Part shown: in pieces, positions 60,647-64,000 of the stretch
Numbering within the stretch: position 1 is the first letter of the stretch
Layout: each line of letters starts with the position of its first letter
Assembly (NCBI GenBank): GCA_001777575.1
Contig: MFEL01000018.1
Span: 8,264 to 72,263, forward strand
Direction: 5' to 3'
Source: Candidatus Doudnabacteria bacterium RIFCSPHIGHO2_01_FULL_46_24
Lineage (GTDB): Bacteria > Patescibacteriota > Doudnabacteria > UBA920 > O2-02-FULL-48-8
DNA length: 64,000 bases
Notes under the pieces: generated by a model
The model's input: only the letters and a program-made list of their open reading frames with translations
Databases searched by the model: none
What the model was told of the DNA's origin: nothing
Translations under genes and position numbers: made by a program

Positions 60647-61570
60647 CTACCCCTGGTCCATCCCCAGATATTTTTCCGCGTCCAACGCGGCCATGCAGCC
60701 CATGCCGGCCGCGGTCACGGCCTGGCGATAGCGGTGGTCGTGGACATCGCCGGCCACAAAAACTCCAGTCACGCTCGTCTTGGTCTGATCAAAAACTTTT
60801 ACAAACCCTTTTTCATCCAGATCAACCTGGCCGACAAATGCATCGGTTGCCGGCTTGTGGCCGATGGCGATAAATGCGCCGCCGATTTTTCGCTCTTCCA
60901 CTTGATTGGTTTTGACATCGCGGATTTTAACGCCGGTCAATTTATCATCGCCCAAAAATTCTTCCACAGTCTTATTGTATTCAACCGTTATCTTGGGGTT
61001 TTGTCTGGCTCTGTCCTGCATAATCTTGGAAGCGCGCAAAATTTCGGTTCGATTCAAAATATTAACTTTCAGCGCGAACTTGGTCAAATAAGTCGCCTCC
61101 TCCATGGCTGCGTCGCCGCCGCCGACCACCACGATCTCTTGGTCTTTGAAAAAAAATCCATCGCATGTTGCGCAGGCGGAAATACCGTGGCCGCGAAGTT
61201 TCTGTTCAGAAGGAATGTCCAGCCATTTATAGCTCGCTCCGGTGGCAATGATGACACAATCAGCCGAATATTGATTCTGGCCCGTATCCAAGAAAAATGG
61301 CTTTTTTTTGAAATCGACTTTGCTCACGTCTTCATAGACGATCTGCGCGCCGAACCGTTCGGCTTGCTCGATCATTTTCTGCATCAACTCCGGGCCCTGC
61401 ACCCCTTTGGGAAAGCCGGGATAGTTTTCCACTTCTGTCGTGGTCATCAGCTGCCCGCCAAAAGTCAGGCCAGCTAAAACTAAAGGCTTAAGTTCCGCTC
61501 TGGCGGCATACAGCGCGGCAGTGAGTCCCGCCGGACCGGAGCCGATTATGATTAACTTATGATGATTCAT
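60647..61570 (-). CDS. trxB: thioredoxin-disulfide reductase
   Basis: FAD motif IIIGSGPAGLTAALYAARA, redox CATCDG, NADPH motif VVGGGDAAMEEA. Confidence 0.88.
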   Translation of the reverse strand: MNHHKLIIIGSGPAGLTAALYAARAELKPLVLAGLTFGGQLMTTTEVENYPGFPKGVQGPELMQKMIEQAERFGAQIVYEDVSKVDFKKKPFFLDTGQNQYSADCVIIATGASYKWLDIPSEQKLRGHGISACATCDGFFFKDQEIVVVGGGDAAMEEATYLTKFALKVNILNRTEILRASKIMQDRARQNPKITVEYNKTVEEFLGDDKLTGVKIRDVKTNQVEERKIGGAFIAIGHKPATDAFVGQVDLDEKGFVKVFDQTKTSVTGVFVAGDVHDHRYRQAVTAAGMGCMAALDAEKYLGMDQG

Positions 61571-61598
61571 ATTTAAGATTAAAGTTGAAGGTTGTAAG

Positions 61599-61958
61599 TT
61601 AATTACTTTTATTAACTAGGGATTTTTCAAGACCAAATAACATTTTCGAGCATTCAGTGTAAGCGTTAATGAAGTAGTGAAAAATTTCTTGACTCATGTA
61701 TTGCTTTTTATAAGCCATGCGCAAATGATGCAGTGTTTCTCTTAATTCGCCTTGCGCCCGGCTGATAGCTTCTGTGTAAATATTCGTATGCTTATTGCCA
61801 AAACCTTCGGCTAAAATCGCTGAAATCGCATTGGATGATCTTCTTACTTGAGAACCTATCTCGTAAAGCTCAAATTTTGGAAATTTCATGGTTAGTTCAT
61901 GAACCTCAAATGCCAACTTAACTAATTTTTGATATACATCAAGATCTTCTACCAGCAT
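61599..61958 (-). CDS. four-helix-bundle protein of the 23S-rRNA-IVS-encoded family (TIGR02436-like)
   Basis: 119 aa all-helical with ...NAISAILAEGFG... core typical of IVS four-helix-bundle proteins; bracketed by repeat blocks. Confidence 0.6.
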   Translation of the reverse strand: MLVEDLDVYQKLVKLAFEVHELTMKFPKFELYEIGSQVRRSSNAISAILAEGFGNKHTNIYTEAISRAQGELRETLHHLRMAYKKQYMSQEIFHYFINAYTECSKMLFGLEKSLVNKSN

Positions 61959-61988
61959 AACTTTAATCTTAAATCTTTCAACTTACAA

Positions 61989-62945
61989 CTATTTGATCTT
62001 TTTAATTTCCGTCCAATCCGAGGTTAGGCCTTCCCCGCTTTTTTGCCGCATCAAATAGTCAAACGCGGCCAGGGCTGCGGCTGCGCCTTCGCCGGCTGAT
62101 ATGACAGCCTGCTTATATGGGCGGTTAGTGGCATCGCCGGCCGCAAACACGCCCCTGCGGGAAGTAGCTTGATCAGGTCCAATCATAATTTGCCCCGATT
62201 CATCGAGTTTAACCAAGTCCTTCACAAAGTCCGATTTAACCACGTATCCTAATTCTACAAAAATTCCGGCAATTGGCAAAGACATCCGCTTATTGGTTTT
62301 TAAATCGAGCAACTTCAACTCTTCCACAGATTGACGCCCCTTAATTTCCTCAATCCGGACAAACGGCACGATCTGGACATTTTTTCTGCGCAACAGGGCC
62401 TTGACCAAGCTTGTGTGGCCGATTAGTTTGTCGGTTTTGGAAAGAACATAAACTTTTTTGGCAAATTTGCCGCACAGCAAAGCGGCCTCAATTGACAAAT
62501 CGCCCACGCCAACCACAGCCACACTTTTACCTTTGTAAAACGGCGCATCGCAAGTGGCGCAATAAGACACCCCCTTGCCTTTGAACTCCTGCTCACCCGG
62601 CACATCCAAATCTCTCGGTGTTTTGCCAAAAGCCAAAATAACTGCTGACCCCTTATACTGCTTGCCATAAGCGTAAACAATGAAACTCCCGGCCGCAGAC
62701 TTTATTTTTTCCACTTCCGCCATTTCCACTTGGGCGCCAAAATTGATCGCCTGCGCGCGGACGCTGTTTACCAGATTGTATCCGCCGGTTTCACTGACTC
62801 CGGGATAATTTTCAATCAAATCCGTGGAATTGGCTTGGCCCCCGATATCCTTGGCCAAAACCAAAATCGACAAGCCTCGCCGGGCGGCATAAATCGCCGC
62901 CGAAAACGCCGCCATGCCTCCGCCGATAATAATTACGTTAAACAT
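61989..62945 (-). CDS. second thioredoxin-reductase-like flavoprotein (paralog)
   Basis: VIIIGGGMAAFSAAIYAARRG, CATCDAPF redox motif, VVGVGDLSIEAA. Confidence 0.8.
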   Translation of the reverse strand: MFNVIIIGGGMAAFSAAIYAARRGLSILVLAKDIGGQANSTDLIENYPGVSETGGYNLVNSVRAQAINFGAQVEMAEVEKIKSAAGSFIVYAYGKQYKGSAVILAFGKTPRDLDVPGEQEFKGKGVSYCATCDAPFYKGKSVAVVGVGDLSIEAALLCGKFAKKVYVLSKTDKLIGHTSLVKALLRRKNVQIVPFVRIEEIKGRQSVEELKLLDLKTNKRMSLPIAGIFVELGYVVKSDFVKDLVKLDESGQIMIGPDQATSRRGVFAAGDATNRPYKQAVISAGEGAAAALAAFDYLMRQKSGEGLTSDWTEIKKIK

Positions 62946-62949
62946 AAAT

Positions 62950-63726
62950 TTATAACTTGGCCTGTTTGATGAAATCGGGAAACAGCCTGACCTTCTTGCT
63001 GTCGTTGGGTTCGAACAAGAACGGGGCGACGTCCCGCGCTAATTCTGCAAAATCAAATTCTTTGATTAATTCAAGCAATCTCGCTCTTAATTGCTCAACG
63101 TTGTCAATATCCATCTTTTGCTTCAGATATTCGTAGTTGGGCTTGGTAAATGACAGCAAAAATACAATATCATAAAAATCGCGTCCCTTTGCTCGCTTGC
63201 GGCCAACCGCGGCGTTGATTTTTTGCGATAACAATAAATCCGGCGGGGTTACAAAAATTTCCGTAAAGACATCAAACTTATTCAGTATTTTCCTTTCCGG
63301 CTTATAGGAAACTCCATGGGCCAAACTGTCAATCTGGATCAGGATTTTTTCAGTTTGGTGAGCTGAAAGTCCGCTGCCAAAAAGAAGATCAGGCAAGCGG
63401 ACATTGCAGCGATAGGCCTCTTGGCCCACAATATCTATTTCAACCTTAAATCCGTCCGCTTCCAATCCTGCCTTAATCTTTTGGGCAACAGTCTCGAACG
63501 CTTGTTCTGATAAACCAAAATTATCAAAATCAATATCTTCCGAAAAGCGATTATTATCATAAACAATTCTCAATGCCGTGCCGCCTAAAAATGAAAGCTT
63601 CCCGGCATATTCTGAAGCGAAAATTATTTCTAAAATTTTATACTGCAAATATTCCCGAAGGAGAGAGCGCTTAAACGCTCTTAAGTTTTGCGGATATTGC
63701 TGTTGTATTTGTTCTATGGTTAGCAT
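62950..63726 (-). CDS. AbiEii/AbiGii-family nucleotidyltransferase toxin (DUF1814)
   Basis: LSFLGGTALRIVYDNNRFSEDIDFD motif. Confidence 0.7.
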   Translation of the reverse strand: MLTIEQIQQQYPQNLRAFKRSLLREYLQYKILEIIFASEYAGKLSFLGGTALRIVYDNNRFSEDIDFDNFGLSEQAFETVAQKIKAGLEADGFKVEIDIVGQEAYRCNVRLPDLLFGSGLSAHQTEKILIQIDSLAHGVSYKPERKILNKFDVFTEIFVTPPDLLLSQKINAAVGRKRAKGRDFYDIVFLLSFTKPNYEYLKQKMDIDNVEQLRARLLELIKEFDFAELARDVAPFLFEPNDSKKVRLFPDFIKQAKL

Positions 63727-64000
63727 TAGTGCTGTTGCTTAACAAAATTCATAAACTGTTTAGCCCGCTTTTCCAGAACAGGGCTGTTGAATGCCTTGAC
63801 ATACCGATTAAACTTGGATAGATCAGCTCGCGCCAGAAAATCCCGGCCGTTAAATCGCCATTCCTGCAAATCCGCCGGTCTCGCGCTCTTGGAGTTAAGA
63901 TACAAGTAATCCAAAACCGCTTTTTCCATTTCGGCCAGCTTGAGTGGCTGCTGGCCTATCTTCCGTAAGGCATAGCCGAAGAAAAGTTGCGGCTTTAGGT
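63726..64000 (-). CDS. putative AbiEi-like antitoxin, C-terminal part (gene continues beyond window)
   Basis: ORF open upstream to the window end; adjacent to and overlapping the AbiEii gene. Confidence 0.4.
   Translation of the reverse strand, partial: LKPQLFFGYALRKIGQQPLKLAEMEKAVLDYLYLNSKSARPADLQEWRFNGRDFLARADLSKFNRYVKAFNSPVLEKRAKQFMNFVKQQH

Overview
This window reads as a compact, gene-dense bacterial chromosome segment. Coding GC is moderate, intergenic regions are AT-rich, proteins are short, and there are several short (about 0.5-1.3 kb) GC-rich segments that look foreign; a small-genome uncultivated lineage (CPR/Patescibacteria-like) is an inference only. All annotation is by eye from the sequence and ORF track, with no searches run.

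Housekeeping genes I can support:
- der, pth, dprA, topA, rluB, proC, uvrA, uvrC, secG, rnj (RNase J), trpS, ychF, rpsF-ssb-rpsR, efp, gdhA.
- Two trxB paralogs, a glycerate kinase, a CapA-family protein, an NDH-2-like oxidoreductase, and a phosphomannomutase/phosphoglucomutase.
- A classical HrcA/CIRCE-controlled heat-shock operon, hrcA-grpE-dnaK-[DUF3467 + membrane gene]-dnaJ.
- tRNA-Lys(UUU) and tRNA-Leu(CAG).

Accessory content:
- Five toxin-antitoxin modules: Phd-PIN, two BrnT/BrnA paralogs, an RHH-RelE/ParE pair, and AbiEi/AbiEii.
- A three-gene operon of giant membrane-anchored surface proteins (421, 985 and 1517 aa) with PT-rich linkers, Ig-like tandem repeats, a dockerin-like C-terminus and a near-identical shared 3' block.
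- Several hypothetical genes in the GC-rich segments.

The most unusual signals are at nucleotide level:
1. A roughly 48-bp palindromic element sits in frame inside uvrA, uvrC (twice) and ychF, with compensatory arm changes, plus a solo arm. It resembles Rickettsia RPE-type selfish DNA.
2. A family of 12-14 bp inverted-repeat pairs has its downstream arm covering start codons or early codons of dprA, secG and a DUF3105 gene, suggesting a start-site-sequestering hairpin.
3. Dispersed tandem heptamer arrays (AATTCGY/ATTACGG, AACAGTA, CAACTAT, TTCGTAG) and a dispersed AAGATTAAAGTT 12-mer occur both in frame in genes and next to promoters.
4. A conserved 57-nt leader is duplicated in front of dnaJ and the DUF3467 gene.
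5. An IVS-type four-helix-bundle ORF, bracketed by repeat blocks, is wedged between the two trxB paralogs.

No CRISPR array, rRNA, transposase or integrase was seen.
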